From sequence record DRR378314_843: a stretch of 64,000 bases of DNA; one strand, written 5' to 3'. A program made the position numbers and the translations under genes. This document shows positions 38,836 to 48,949 of the stretch, in pieces. Each line of letters begins with the position of its first letter. Positions within the stretch are counted from its first letter, which is position 1. Under the pieces are notes generated by a model. The model made no database searches. It was not told the DNA's origin and worked only from the letters and a program-made list of their open reading frames with translations.

Positions 38836-39085
38836 GGCCTCGCTCCGAATAAATATCTAAGGATCTCGAAGGCGCGTCGTTACAGTCCTCAATGCCCTCA
38901 TGTCAACTGCGAGGATCAGGCATTCGGCAGTTTTCCGGTTGCGACTGTCATTGCCGGTCATACTTGTACACTGCGACCCAATCCAGAATGGGGCATGATC
39001 AGGGCATACCTGTTCAGCTCGTGTTGGGCGATACTGAGCTAGAGGAATATGGTAACCTAGCGCTCCGGAAAGGATTCAGGTTCTT

Positions 39086-39973
39086 ATGAAACGCGCCCTC
39101 TTCATTGCATCTGCTACAGGACTCGCCCTCGCGGGTATCTCGGTAGCCGATACTGCGCCCAGCTCTGCCGCGCCCGCTGTACTTGCCAATGTGAAGGCAG
39201 GTGAAACCACCCGCATGGTCTATGAACTGGAAGCAAAGGCTTATGTCCTGTTCATCCCCGCCACAGGCCGCGCTCATTTTGACGTGGAAATGCGCCCGGA
39301 CACCTACAACATCAAGTCTCGCGTTAAAGTCACAGGCATCGCTGACTGGTTCGTGAACTATGACATGCACCTTCAAGCCTCTGGCTACACGCGCGGCGAT
39401 GAATTGAAGACTTACAATTACGTTTCCCAGAACCGTGACGGCAAAAAGAACCGCCGCGTGAACCTGACCATTACCGACAAGGATTTTTCCATGACCGCCA
39501 ATCCGGTCTTCGGAAATCTCGGAGAGCCTCCTGCAACAACCGAGCAGGTATTGAAGACCAACGATCCCATCACCGCATTGATTACCTTTGCGCTAGAGCC
39601 ACGCGCTCCCGGCGCTGATCCATGCGGAGGTCCACTTCGCATCTTTGATGGGCGCCAACTGACCTATTTGCACCTCAAGAATGCCGGTACGAAGCAGATC
39701 GACGTCAAAGCCTGGTCTGGTGAGGCCATCGAGTGCCACATCACGATGGAAAAGGTTGCAGGCTACAAGAAGGACAAATCTGACAAAGACAATTTGTCGG
39801 GCATCGACGGCCCACTTCGCATGTGGCTGGCCCCGCTGGAAAACGGCGCGACCGTTCCTGTGAAGATACAAGCCGACACCGACAAGATCGGAAAGGTCAC
39901 GCTACAGGCGTCGAAACTCTACTTTGAGCCCGTTGTAACATCAGAAGCTGCGCTGAACCCTGGCGGGGGCTGA
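39086..39973 (+). CDS. exported DUF3108-like protein
   Basis: Signal peptide, DPITA, IFDGR, MWLAP...VPVKI. Confidence 0.7.
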   Translation: MKRALFIASATGLALAGISVADTAPSSAAPAVLANVKAGETTRMVYELEAKAYVLFIPATGRAHFDVEMRPDTYNIKSRVKVTGIADWFVNYDMHLQASGYTRGDELKTYNYVSQNRDGKKNRRVNLTITDKDFSMTANPVFGNLGEPPATTEQVLKTNDPITALITFALEPRAPGADPCGGPLRIFDGRQLTYLHLKNAGTKQIDVKAWSGEAIECHITMEKVAGYKKDKSDKDNLSGIDGPLRMWLAPLENGATVPVKIQADTDKIGKVTLQASKLYFEPVVTSEAALNPGGG

Positions 39974-39978
39974 TCCCA

Positions 39979-40998
39979 TCAGTCGCCCATTGGCAATTGG
40001 CGCAGCGCGGCAATCAATTCCGCCATGTCATTTGGAAGAGGCGCTTCGAACCGGAGCGCCTCTTTCGTTATGGGGTGCACGAAGCCGAGCATCGCGGCAT
40101 GGAGGGCCTGACGAGGGAACTTTCGCGCAGCTTTCGTACCTGCGATGTGGGCCTCGCCGTGGCCATATGAGCTGATACCCTTGTGGCGCCCATAGACTGG
40201 ATCCCCAATCAGCGGCGCGCCAATATGGGCCATGTGAACTCGGATTTGGTGGGTCCGACCAGTCTCCAACTGGCACTCCATCAAAGCTGCGGCCGGGAGA
40301 GCAGTGCCCTTGTCGCGAACGCCAAAGGTCTCGATGGCGCGATAATGCGTAACGGCATTCCGCCCAACGCCGCTCTCCGGATTGCGCACGACAGCCATTT
40401 TCTTCCGGTCGCCAGTCGACCGGGCGATCGGCAGGTCCACGGTCCCCGACAAGGGTCGCGGTGCGCCCCGTGTCACTGCCAAGTATTTGCGTTCAATGTC
40501 GTGCTTCTGGAAAAGTTCCGACAGGCCAAGATGTGCCGGCTCGGTCTTCGCGGCGACAAGCACGCCAGTGGTCAGTTTGTCGATCCGGTGCACGATTCCA
40601 GGTCGCTCCACACCGCCAATGCCGGAAAGCGATCCTCTGCAATGATGCAATAGCGCATTGACCAGAGTGCCATTCCAACTTCCCGGCGCCGGGTGAACGG
40701 CCATACCGGACGGCTTGTTGATCAAGATCAGGTGCTCGTCCTCGAACAGAACGTCGAGCGCAATATCTTCCGGCTCCGGAGTGGCCGGCACCGGCTCGGG
40801 AAGCCGAATGTGATAAGTTGCGCCTTCGGCCACGCTGCGTCTTGGATCAAGCACGGCTTCATCGTCCTGCGCGACGGCGCCTTCCAAAATCAATGCCTTG
40901 ACGCGCGAGCGGGACAATTGCTCCGCCTTTGATGCCAGAAAGGTGTCGAGCCGAATGCCAGCATCTTCGGCAGCTGCGCGAATTGAGAGCGTTTCCAT
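39979..40998 (-). CDS. rluD: RluA-family pseudouridine synthase (RluD-like)
   Basis: S4 domain (RLD..L, SRSRV), RPGIVHRIDKLTTG, LETGRTHQIRVH; ATG at 40998. Confidence 0.88.
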   Translation of the reverse strand: METLSIRAAAEDAGIRLDTFLASKAEQLSRSRVKALILEGAVAQDDEAVLDPRRSVAEGATYHIRLPEPVPATPEPEDIALDVLFEDEHLILINKPSGMAVHPAPGSWNGTLVNALLHHCRGSLSGIGGVERPGIVHRIDKLTTGVLVAAKTEPAHLGLSELFQKHDIERKYLAVTRGAPRPLSGTVDLPIARSTGDRKKMAVVRNPESGVGRNAVTHYRAIETFGVRDKGTALPAAALMECQLETGRTHQIRVHMAHIGAPLIGDPVYGRHKGISSYGHGEAHIAGTKAARKFPRQALHAAMLGFVHPITKEALRFEAPLPNDMAELIAALRQLPMGD

Positions 40999-41028
40999 AA
41001 ACAGACTTATAGACGCACTTCCCGCCAA

Positions 41029-41050
41029 TCGTCATGCTATTGTCAACACA
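41029..41050 (+). promoter_or_regulatory. candidate Pho box
   Basis: GTCAT (41031) and GTCAA (41042) direct repeats 11 bp apart, upstream of phoD. Confidence 0.6.
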
Positions 41051-41087
41051 CTTGACTAGGGGAAGTCAGGCAAGACCGGAGAGAAGC

Positions 41088-42797
41088 ATGACCAAGATCA
41101 CCCGCCGCGGACTGTTGGGCGCAGCCGCAACTGGAACCTTAAGCGTTGCCGCATGCGCGACGCCTGCCAAAGCAGTACAATCCCAGAGTGAAGCTTATGA
41201 CGGCGAAGTGGAGTTTCTGCACGGAGTCGCGTCCGGCGACCCGCTGAGTGATCGCGTCATTATCTGGACACGCGTTACCCCGCAATCAGGCACGGCCCCT
41301 ATTCCAGTCACATATGAAGTCACAGATCCCGCGAACCCGTCAGCACCAGCGATTACAGGCTCGGCTATGGCAAGCGAATCCCGTGACTTCTGCGTCAAAG
41401 TAGATGTCCCCGGCCTGAAGCCGGGAACAGTTTACAGTTACAAATTCACGGTCAGAACCAATGCTGGCGAGGTTAGCTCGCCGCAGGGGCGCACCAAGAC
41501 TACCTCAGAGAGTGGCAATACACCCGTTCGGATGGGCGTCATCTCGTGCTCGAACTGGCAATTCGGTTACTTCAATGCATATGAAGCGCTGTCCAATGAG
41601 GACGATCTAGACGTCATCGTCCATCTGGGAGACTATTTGTACGAGTATGGTGTCGACGGATACGGCGCTGAAGTTGCCACCAAGCTGGGCCGTGTACACG
41701 ATCCGATCACGGAAATGGTGACCCTGACCGACTATCGAATGCGCCACGCCCAGTACAAGACAGATCCAGACCTTCAAGCTGCTCATGCGGCCGCGCCGTG
41801 GATTTGCACATGGGACGACCATGAGAGCACCAACAATTCTTATCGGACAGGCGCTCAAAATCACAACCCTGAAGAGGGTGAAGGCGACTGGTCAGATCGC
41901 AAGCAAGCCGCCATCCAGGCCTATTTCGAATGGCTTCCCCTTCGCGAGCCCGTAGCGGGCGACGTCACATCTGCGGTGTGGAGAAGTTTCACCTTTGGCG
42001 ATATCGCAACCGTACACGCCCTTGAAAGCCGCCTGACAGGGCGTTCTCCGGACGTCAGCTGGTTCGATGCACTGGCTGGTGTAACCGATCAGCAAGTGAT
42101 GATGCAGCGCGTTTCAGAAACACTTCAGACCATAAACGACGCTGCCCGCACCATGCTCGGCACGGAACAGGAAGCCTGGCTGGCTGGCGAGCTGAAATCT
42201 TCAACCAAGGCCGGAAAAGCGTGGCAGGTTCTGGCCAACCAGGTCGTCATGGCTCGAACGACCCTGCCAAACTTCCAGGAAGCCCTGACATCAGAGCAAC
42301 TTGCTGCCCAGCAGAACGGCTTTGTTCAGACGATGATTGGCTTCTCCACACTCGGCCTGCCCTTCAATCTGGATGCCTGGGACGGCTTTCCTGCCGCGCG
42401 GGAGCGCCTGTATGAGGGTGCGGCAGCAGCGAACGCCAAACTCGTCACGCTTGCAGGCGACACGCACACGGCCTGGGTAAACACACTCACAGATGCGAAT
42501 GGGAACCGGCGCGGTGTAGAATTCGGATGCACCTCAATCACCTCTCCAGGAAGCGGCGCTTACGTAACTGACATTCCAAATCTCGGTGACCTGACGACCG
42601 AAGCGAACCCGGACGTGATCTGGCACGATCCATTCAATCGAGGTTACACGATTGTGTCGCTCACTCCGGACACGGCGCGCGCCGAATACCGAGTTGTTTC
42701 AAACATCCTCAGCAAGGAGTTTGTGACGGAAACGGCGGCAGTTTACGAAAGCCGGCAACAGGGTGACAGTGTGACAGACCCTGTCCGAGTCGCTTAA
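41088..42797 (+). CDS. phoD: alkaline phosphatase D, Tat-exported
   Basis: Tat motif TRRGLL, FLHGVASGDP, HLGDYLYE, WDDHE, DAWDGF, GDTH. Confidence 0.92.
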   Translation: MTKITRRGLLGAAATGTLSVAACATPAKAVQSQSEAYDGEVEFLHGVASGDPLSDRVIIWTRVTPQSGTAPIPVTYEVTDPANPSAPAITGSAMASESRDFCVKVDVPGLKPGTVYSYKFTVRTNAGEVSSPQGRTKTTSESGNTPVRMGVISCSNWQFGYFNAYEALSNEDDLDVIVHLGDYLYEYGVDGYGAEVATKLGRVHDPITEMVTLTDYRMRHAQYKTDPDLQAAHAAAPWICTWDDHESTNNSYRTGAQNHNPEEGEGDWSDRKQAAIQAYFEWLPLREPVAGDVTSAVWRSFTFGDIATVHALESRLTGRSPDVSWFDALAGVTDQQVMMQRVSETLQTINDAARTMLGTEQEAWLAGELKSSTKAGKAWQVLANQVVMARTTLPNFQEALTSEQLAAQQNGFVQTMIGFSTLGLPFNLDAWDGFPAARERLYEGAAAANAKLVTLAGDTHTAWVNTLTDANGNRRGVEFGCTSITSPGSGAYVTDIPNLGDLTTEANPDVIWHDPFNRGYTIVSLTPDTARAEYRVVSNILSKEFVTETAAVYESRQQGDSVTDPVRVA

Positions 42798-43552
42798 TCC
42801 AGAACACCGGCGAGGCTGGAGCGACCACCGTCCAGCTTCAGCAACTCGCCGGTGATAATGGCCGCGTCAGGAGACGAAAGATATCGAGCCGCGTCGGCAA
42901 TCTCGTCGGCAATCGCGGCCCGTCCCCAAGGCGTTCGGCGCGTTGTCCAGTTTTCTATACGCTCTTCCCGCGGACGGATTGCAACGATGCCGTTGACGCG
43001 TATTTGTCGGTCGGCAAGTTCCACCGCGCCCGCCTTGATGACACCAAGCACGGCTGATTGTGTTATGGTTTCGGTAAAGCGACCCGGCATGGTTGCCACT
43101 GCTGAGTAAGACAAGACAAAGGTAACTGTCCCCTTCTGTCGAATACGTTCAACAGCCGCTTCAGGGAGATCTTCCTGTTCTGCAATGCGTTCCGAAAAGA
43201 CACGTAATGCGAGCGCGGCGCCGCGTGTTGCCTTTGCAACCGCTTTGTCGAATTTGTCTTGATCAAACTCGTCCAGACTGTCTGCCGCTTCGATGTCGGG
43301 GATAACGACAAGATTGTCGACCCGCCCGAAGGCTTCGACGGCCACAGTAAGTGCATTGCGGAGACCGAGGCGCGTATGCAAATCGCCATGATGGAGCAAG
43401 ACATCATCCGGCACAGCATTCCTGGCTGTAGCGATCCGATCATCCGAAGGATCAGCGGCTACGACATGATGACCAAACTTGCTGAAGCGGCGCGCAACAG
43501 CGTCTCCTACCTCGCGACCAAGACCGAGGATAACGGTAACTGGTTGAGCCAT
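42794..43552 (-). CDS. SDR-fold protein with degenerate catalytic motifs
   Basis: FGRVDNLV, IRVNGI, TPWGR, ITGELLKLDGG; lacks TGxxxGxG and YxxxK. Confidence 0.75.
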   Translation of the reverse strand: MAQPVTVILGLGREVGDAVARRFSKFGHHVVAADPSDDRIATARNAVPDDVLLHHGDLHTRLGLRNALTVAVEAFGRVDNLVVIPDIEAADSLDEFDQDKFDKAVAKATRGAALALRVFSERIAEQEDLPEAAVERIRQKGTVTFVLSYSAVATMPGRFTETITQSAVLGVIKAGAVELADRQIRVNGIVAIRPREERIENWTTRRTPWGRAAIADEIADAARYLSSPDAAIITGELLKLDGGRSSLAGVLD

Positions 43553-43558
43553 GACGCC

Positions 43559-43891
43559 CTAAACCTTCGTGTTTTCAGAAGAGGGCGTGGGCGGGCTGGA
43601 TACCCGCCGCGCTCGGAGATCATCTCCGACGATGGATAAACGATCATTCAATCGATGAAGCGCGGCGAGAATCTCAGCGAGCAGTCGGATCGTCAGATAC
43701 AAGAAGCCGAGACCCGCCAAACTGGCCAGTATACGACCAATGCCGTGAATAATATGTCCGCTGAATATCTGCCCAAGTCCGGACAGTATCGCGAAAACCG
43801 CCAGTACGAGGAACAAGATTGCGAGGACGCCCGTCGCCTGTTTAACGGCCCCAAGCGTCATCGCTCTGTCCTGATCAAATATCTCCCGCAT
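43559..43891 (-). CDS. hypothetical two-TM membrane protein
   Basis: Two hydrophobic helices; AAGGATAAGG upstream. Confidence 0.6.
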   Translation of the reverse strand: MREIFDQDRAMTLGAVKQATGVLAILFLVLAVFAILSGLGQIFSGHIIHGIGRILASLAGLGFLYLTIRLLAEILAALHRLNDRLSIVGDDLRARRVSSPPTPSSENTKV

Positions 43892-43955
43892 GCCTTATCC
43901 TTACGCCTGCTTGTTTCAGGCTAGGACACAAAGATGAAGGCGAAGTTTCAAGGTC

Positions 43956-44123
43956 CTAGCTCGCTTTGAGCAATTGCAGCTCTTCCTTGATGTGAAGCTT
44001 CTCTCGCTTAAGGCGTTTCAATCGAAGGGCATCTGCCGACGGTCGTTTCTGTTCTTCATGAATAGTCTCGTCGAGTTTGCGGTGCTTGTTGGCGAGTTCG
44101 TTGATCCGGCCTTTAAGCGACAT
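43956..44123 (-). CDS. DUF465/YdcH family small coiled-coil protein
   Basis: HRKLDETI...RP..D...LKREKLHIKEE; AAGGAG SD before ATG at 44123. Confidence 0.85.
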   Translation of the reverse strand: MSLKGRINELANKHRKLDETIHEEQKRPSADALRLKRLKREKLHIKEELQLLKAS

Positions 44124-44234
44124 GGCAGTCTCCTTCTTGCTGTTAAGTGAGTGTGTCTTAACGGCCACAGTTAAGCACAGGAGATTTGAAGCGTCACGGG
44201 GGGCCAAGGCCGGATTCGACGGAATCCGGATAAA

Positions 44235-44924
44235 TTATTGTTTATCTGCCTGAAGACTGGATTTCCTGCGCGCTTTCTGGGCGAACATGGCTTGGTCAGC
44301 CAACGCGATGAGGGCTTGAGCGTCCTGCCCGACTTGCCATTCAACCACGCCGCACGACGCCCCTATACGCACTTCAGGGCCTGATCCGTCGGGTCCGCTG
44401 GTGACAACCAACTGGTCAACTTCCTTCGCCAACTGCTCCGCCTTCAACAGGCTGTCTTCTGCCGTCGCTTGGGCAAGTACTATTCCGAATTCGTCTCCGC
44501 CCAAGCGACCAACAATATCGGTGTCTCGCGTATGACGCAGCAACAATTCAGAGATTCGAATAAGCACTTCATCACCCGCGGCATGTCCGAAGGCATCGTT
44601 CACCTGCTTGAAGTGGTCCAAATCGATGTAAATCACCGACAGCGGCGTTCGAAAGCGAGCCGCAAGCGCGATTTCACGGTGAATTTCCCGTTCAAAGGCC
44701 CTGCGATTGAAAACGGGACAAAGCGCGTCATTATCGGCCAGAGACTCCGCTTCGCTAAGCGCATCACGCAATCGGTCGACATCTTCTCTGAGAAACAGAA
44801 CTTCGTCGCACAGTGCTTCAATGGCGGCACGTGTGCGCACATCAAGCATATCGAGATCCACCCCAAGGACATTGAGTAGCGCGGCTCGCCCCGCGGGCCT
44901 GGGTGCATGGAAATCATCCGCCAT
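44235..44924 (-). CDS. diguanylate cyclase (GGDEF)
   Basis: NRRAF, IDLDHFKQVNDAFGHAAGD, RDTD I-site, RLGGDEF. Confidence 0.92.
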   Translation of the reverse strand: MADDFHAPRPAGRAALLNVLGVDLDMLDVRTRAAIEALCDEVLFLREDVDRLRDALSEAESLADNDALCPVFNRRAFEREIHREIALAARFRTPLSVIYIDLDHFKQVNDAFGHAAGDEVLIRISELLLRHTRDTDIVGRLGGDEFGIVLAQATAEDSLLKAEQLAKEVDQLVVTSGPDGSGPEVRIGASCGVVEWQVGQDAQALIALADQAMFAQKARRKSSLQADKQ

Positions 44925-45047
44925 GGCGCGAGGTTAAGCAATTATTGAGCCGAGATACAGCGGTTCCTGCCGCGCCTTGGTACACACGAGAGTTGACGCG
45001 CCTTCCGGCATACCTATGTTGCGCGCTTTCCAGCGACGAGGCCTTCT

Positions 45048-45542
45048 ATGACGGACAATAGCGCTCCCAAAGTCGGAATAATAATGGGCAGCCAGTCCGA
45101 CTGGCCTGTCATGCGACTGGCGGCTGAAATTCTGGAAGAGCTTGGCGTATCGCACGAAACGCGAATTGTCTCAGCGCACCGCACACCAGACCGACTGGTC
45201 GAGTATGCAAAGACCGCGCGAGGCCGGGGATTGAAAGTTATCATTGCCGGCGCTGGTGGCGCGGCTCACCTGCCTGGTATGACAGCGTCCATGACACCCC
45301 TGCCAGTTCTTGGCGTGCCAGTTCAATCGCGCGCTCTATCCGGTATGGACAGCCTTCTTTCCATTGTTCAAATGCCAAAAGGCGTACCCGTGGGCACCTT
45401 GGCAATCGGCGAAGCGGGCGCGACCAATGCGGGATTGCTGGCTGCCTCGATTGTGGCGTTGGAAGATCCGTCGGTCGCCAAAAAACTGGACCAGTTCCGT
45501 CAGGCCCAGACTGACAAGATTGGCGAGTCTCCCGAAGCATGA
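45048..45542 (+). CDS. purE: N5-CAIR mutase
   Basis: [25 protein letters not shown]. Confidence 0.97.
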   Translation: MTDNSAPKVGIIMGSQSDWPVMRLAAEILEELGVSHETRIVSAHRTPDRLVEYAKTARGRGLKVIIAGAGGAAHLPGMTASMTPLPVLGVPVQSRALSGMDSLLSIVQMPKGVPVGTLAIGEAGATNAGLLAASIVALEDPSVAKKLDQFRQAQTDKIGESPEA

Positions 45543-46618
45543 GCATGATCGCCCCCGGTAGCACGATCGGGATACTTGGCGGCGGCCAGTTGGGCCGCAT
45601 GCTTGCCAGTGCCGCAAATCAGCTAGGCTTTGACGTTCACATTTTTTGCCCGGAAGACGACGCACCCGCCTCCCGCGCGGCGCGTCAAACCTGGATCGCT
45701 GATTACTCGGATGATGCAGCGCTTCGCGCTTTCGCGAAAAGTTGCGACGTTGTCACGCTTGAGTTCGAAAACATCCCAGCATCCACCGCAAAGGCAATCG
45801 CTGATTGCGGAGTAGCGCTGCACCCCGGCCCTAAAGCTCTCGCCATCTCTCAGGATCGTGCCGAAGAAAAGGCCTTTCTCAACAGCATTGATATCCCCAC
45901 TGCGCCTTATGAGATAATTTCTGCGGCTGCCGACATTCTAGGGGCTCTCGAACGCGTTGGTGGCACCGGCGTTCTGAAAACACGTCGCGATGGCTATGAC
46001 GGCAAGGGACAATCATGGGTCCGCTCATCAGGAGATGCCGATATCGCTTGGGACGCTATTGGCGCGGCACCTGCCATTCTTGAAGCAGCAATCCCCTTCG
46101 AGTGTGAAATTTCAGTCATTGTTGCACGCTCCAGCGTGGGAGAAACACTTAGCTGGGCGCCCCCTCGCAACGCGCATGTCGACGGCATCCTATCGCGTTC
46201 AATTGTTCCATCCGGACTCGATAAGAACGTAGAGACGCGCGCGCGCGAACAAGCTATGAAACTGGTCGAAGCGCTCGACTATGTGGGCGTTCTTGCCCTT
46301 GAATTCTTTGTCCTTTCTGACGGGTCCCTGCTGGCGAACGAGTTCGCACCGCGCGTCCATAATTCTGGTCACTGGACGCCCGAAGCGTGCCAGACCGGTC
46401 AATTCGAACAGCACATTCGTGCAATCTCTGGATGGCCACTCGGAGATACGCGGCGCCTGTTCGACGCCGAGATGCGCAATCTGATTGGTGATCAAGGCCT
46501 TGTTGACCCGACCAGCCTTAAGCCCGATGAGACTCTGACCCTGTATGGCAAGAGAGATGCGCGGCCGGGGCGGAAGATGGGACACATCACCCGCAGGATC
46601 GCGCCCCGAAAGGACTGA
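45539..46618 (+). CDS. purK: N5-CAIR synthase
   Basis: [40 protein letters not shown]. Confidence 0.96.
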   Translation: MSMIAPGSTIGILGGGQLGRMLASAANQLGFDVHIFCPEDDAPASRAARQTWIADYSDDAALRAFAKSCDVVTLEFENIPASTAKAIADCGVALHPGPKALAISQDRAEEKAFLNSIDIPTAPYEIISAAADILGALERVGGTGVLKTRRDGYDGKGQSWVRSSGDADIAWDAIGAAPAILEAAIPFECEISVIVARSSVGETLSWAPPRNAHVDGILSRSIVPSGLDKNVETRAREQAMKLVEALDYVGVLALEFFVLSDGSLLANEFAPRVHNSGHWTPEACQTGQFEQHIRAISGWPLGDTRRLFDAEMRNLIGDQGLVDPTSLKPDETLTLYGKRDARPGRKMGHITRRIAPRKD

Positions 46619-46622
46619 CCGC

Positions 46623-47378
46623 ATGCTGCTTCCTGTTTCGACCTGGACCGACATCGAAGCTTGGCTGAAAAAATCCAGAACAATCGTGATCCCGATTGGA
46701 TCAATGGAGCAGCATGGGCCGAACGGCTTTATCGGCACTGATGCGCTCTGCCCCGAAATAATCGCCCGCGAAGCGGAAAAGCTCGCACCTGACGACATAT
46801 TGGTTGGCCCAACGTTCAGCGTGGGTTGCGCCCAGCACCACCTTGGTTTTCCTGGCACAATCACATTGCGCCCCACTACCATGATTGCCGCAATGGCCGA
46901 TTGGACGGAGAGTCTGATGAGGCACGGCTTTGAGCGAACATACTGGCTGAACGGTCATGGTGGGAATATCGCCACCATCGAAGCCGCCTTTTCCGAGATT
47001 CACGCCCGGCGCAGTTTTGATCCTCGCGGTGAAACCAATTTCCCCGGACTGACCTTGAAACGCCGGGATTGGTGGGACTTCAAATCGGTAATGACACTGT
47101 GCAACCAACTTTATCCTGTCGGGCATGGCAGCCACGCTACGGCGTCTGAAGTCTCGGTCACTTACTATGGTTTTCCCGATCATGCGCGAACTGACGTGGA
47201 AATGTCGCCGAAGATCGCGCCGACTGGAACAATTGGCGACGCCGTCCAGTATCGCCGGGACTTCCCCGATGGACGGATCGGATCGGACCCGACCCAATCA
47301 AGCGTTGAAGATGGCGGAAAAATCGTGGACGCAGCCGCAAAAGCCGTACTCGATGAGGTTCGCCGCTTTTCGGCGTGA
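46623..47378 (+). CDS. creatininase family amidohydrolase
   Basis: PIGSMEQHGP, GTD, NGHGGN, HATASE. Confidence 0.88.
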   Translation: MLLPVSTWTDIEAWLKKSRTIVIPIGSMEQHGPNGFIGTDALCPEIIAREAEKLAPDDILVGPTFSVGCAQHHLGFPGTITLRPTTMIAAMADWTESLMRHGFERTYWLNGHGGNIATIEAAFSEIHARRSFDPRGETNFPGLTLKRRDWWDFKSVMTLCNQLYPVGHGSHATASEVSVTYYGFPDHARTDVEMSPKIAPTGTIGDAVQYRRDFPDGRIGSDPTQSSVEDGGKIVDAAAKAVLDEVRRFSA

Positions 47379-47464
47379 CGACTGATCCGGCTAGCGCCTT
47401 GGCACTGGCCAGAATCACCCAACAACGTTATCAGAGGGCTCCCGGGAAAGGACCTGTTTGAAGA

Positions 47465-48196
47465 ATGCTGGACATTCAGAAGCTGGAAAAATCCTTTGGT
47501 GAAAAGCGGGCTGTACAAGGCCTGTCCTTCACCGTTGAGAAGGGAACGGTGCTTGGATTTCTCGGTCCGAACGGCGCAGGCAAATCAACATCAATGCGCA
47601 TGATCTCAGGCGTGTTGGAACCCGATTCCGGAGACGCGCTCATCGACGGCAAATCGATCGTATCCGCAAGACGAGAGGCGCAGTCCGCGCTTGGCTATTT
47701 GCCAGAAGGTGCACCCCTATATGACGACATGACCCCGCCGGAGTTTCTGGCGTTCATGGCATCGGCCCGCGCTATCCCGCGCTCTCAACGCAAGCAAGCC
47801 ATAGAACGTGCCATTGCGGACTCCAGAATTTCCACCGTTTGCGGACAACGGATTGGCTCTCTTTCAAAGGGATACCGCCGCCGGGTGGGACTGGCTGGCG
47901 CCATCCTGCACGATCCGCCAGTATTGCTGCTTGACGAACCTACCGACGGGCTCGATCCGAACCAGAAGCGGGCCGTCCGAGCCCTGATTGCCCGAATGGC
48001 GCCTCGCAAGGCAATCGTGATCTCAACGCACACCTTGACCGAGGTGCCCGCGATGTGCACACGCGCAATTATCGTGGACCGAGGGCGCATTGTCGCTGAC
48101 GATACACCCGACGGACTTTTGAAATTATCGGCGGACGGTACACTTGAGAGCGCGTTTACCAGACTGACCGATCAAGCGGAGGCTGAATCCGCATGA
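47465..48196 (+). CDS. ABC transporter ATP-binding protein (GldA-like)
   Basis: GPNGAGKST, LSKGYRRR, LLDEPT. Confidence 0.92.
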   Translation: MLDIQKLEKSFGEKRAVQGLSFTVEKGTVLGFLGPNGAGKSTSMRMISGVLEPDSGDALIDGKSIVSARREAQSALGYLPEGAPLYDDMTPPEFLAFMASARAIPRSQRKQAIERAIADSRISTVCGQRIGSLSKGYRRRVGLAGAILHDPPVLLLDEPTDGLDPNQKRAVRALIARMAPRKAIVISTHTLTEVPAMCTRAIIVDRGRIVADDTPDGLLKLSADGTLESAFTRLTDQAEAESA

Positions 48197-48948
48197 ATCG
48201 TTTCCGTCAGCAATTTGACAGTTTCCTTCCGACCTACCGGCGCGAACTAGGGGCGTATTTCGCGACACCGATGGCTTATGTCTTCCTGGCAGTGTTCCTT
48301 CTGTCTTTAGGGATGTTCACGTGGGAGGCTGCACGCTTCTTCGACACAGGCACGGCCGACTTGTCACCATTCTTTGTTTGGCATCCATGGATCTTCATGA
48401 TCTTCCTGCCCGCACTCGCTATGCGTCTATGGGCAGATGAAGCAAGTGCGGGAACCGATGAACTCCTCCTGTCACTTCCACTTGGAATGCCGGGGCTTGT
48501 ACTGGGTAAACTGTTCGCAGCATGGAGCGTTGCCGCCGTAGGGCTCATCTTCACGCTGCCAATGTGGGTGACAGTCAACTATCTGGGCGCCCCGGACAAT
48601 GCGGCGATTGCCCTGACATATTTTGTCAGCCTTCTGATGGCCGGTTCCTATCTTTCGATTGGAGCAGCGATTTCAGCCCTGACCGGAAGCCAGGTCACGG
48701 CTTTTGTGATCAGTGTGGTAATTGCATTCGTATTCACGGCTGCCGGTTGGCCATTGGTCCTCTCTGGTGTGAAAAGCCTGTTCGGCGCCGGAATGGCAGA
48801 ACTCGTCGCGCATTTTTCATTCCTCTCTCATTTTGAGGCTGCACAACGAGGCGTTCTGGAATTCCGTTCGGTGTTGTTCTTTCTCGGCGTTATCACGCTA
48901 TGGACCATATTGAATGGCTTGTGGGCCTCCCGGCAGAGGCTTGGCTGA
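48193..48948 (+). CDS. ABC-2 permease (GldF-like)
   Basis: RELGAYFATPMAY, AMRLWADE..GTDELLLSLP, VLGK. Confidence 0.88.
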   Translation: MNRFRQQFDSFLPTYRRELGAYFATPMAYVFLAVFLLSLGMFTWEAARFFDTGTADLSPFFVWHPWIFMIFLPALAMRLWADEASAGTDELLLSLPLGMPGLVLGKLFAAWSVAAVGLIFTLPMWVTVNYLGAPDNAAIALTYFVSLLMAGSYLSIGAAISALTGSQVTAFVISVVIAFVFTAAGWPLVLSGVKSLFGAGMAELVAHFSFLSHFEAAQRGVLEFRSVLFFLGVITLWTILNGLWASRQRLG

Positions 48949-48949
48949 C

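Noticed and set aside
46623-47378. Creatininase as a mycofactocin-like (MftE) RiPP peptidase
   Set aside because: No precursor or mft genes are adjacent. It follows purEK and is far from the cassette.
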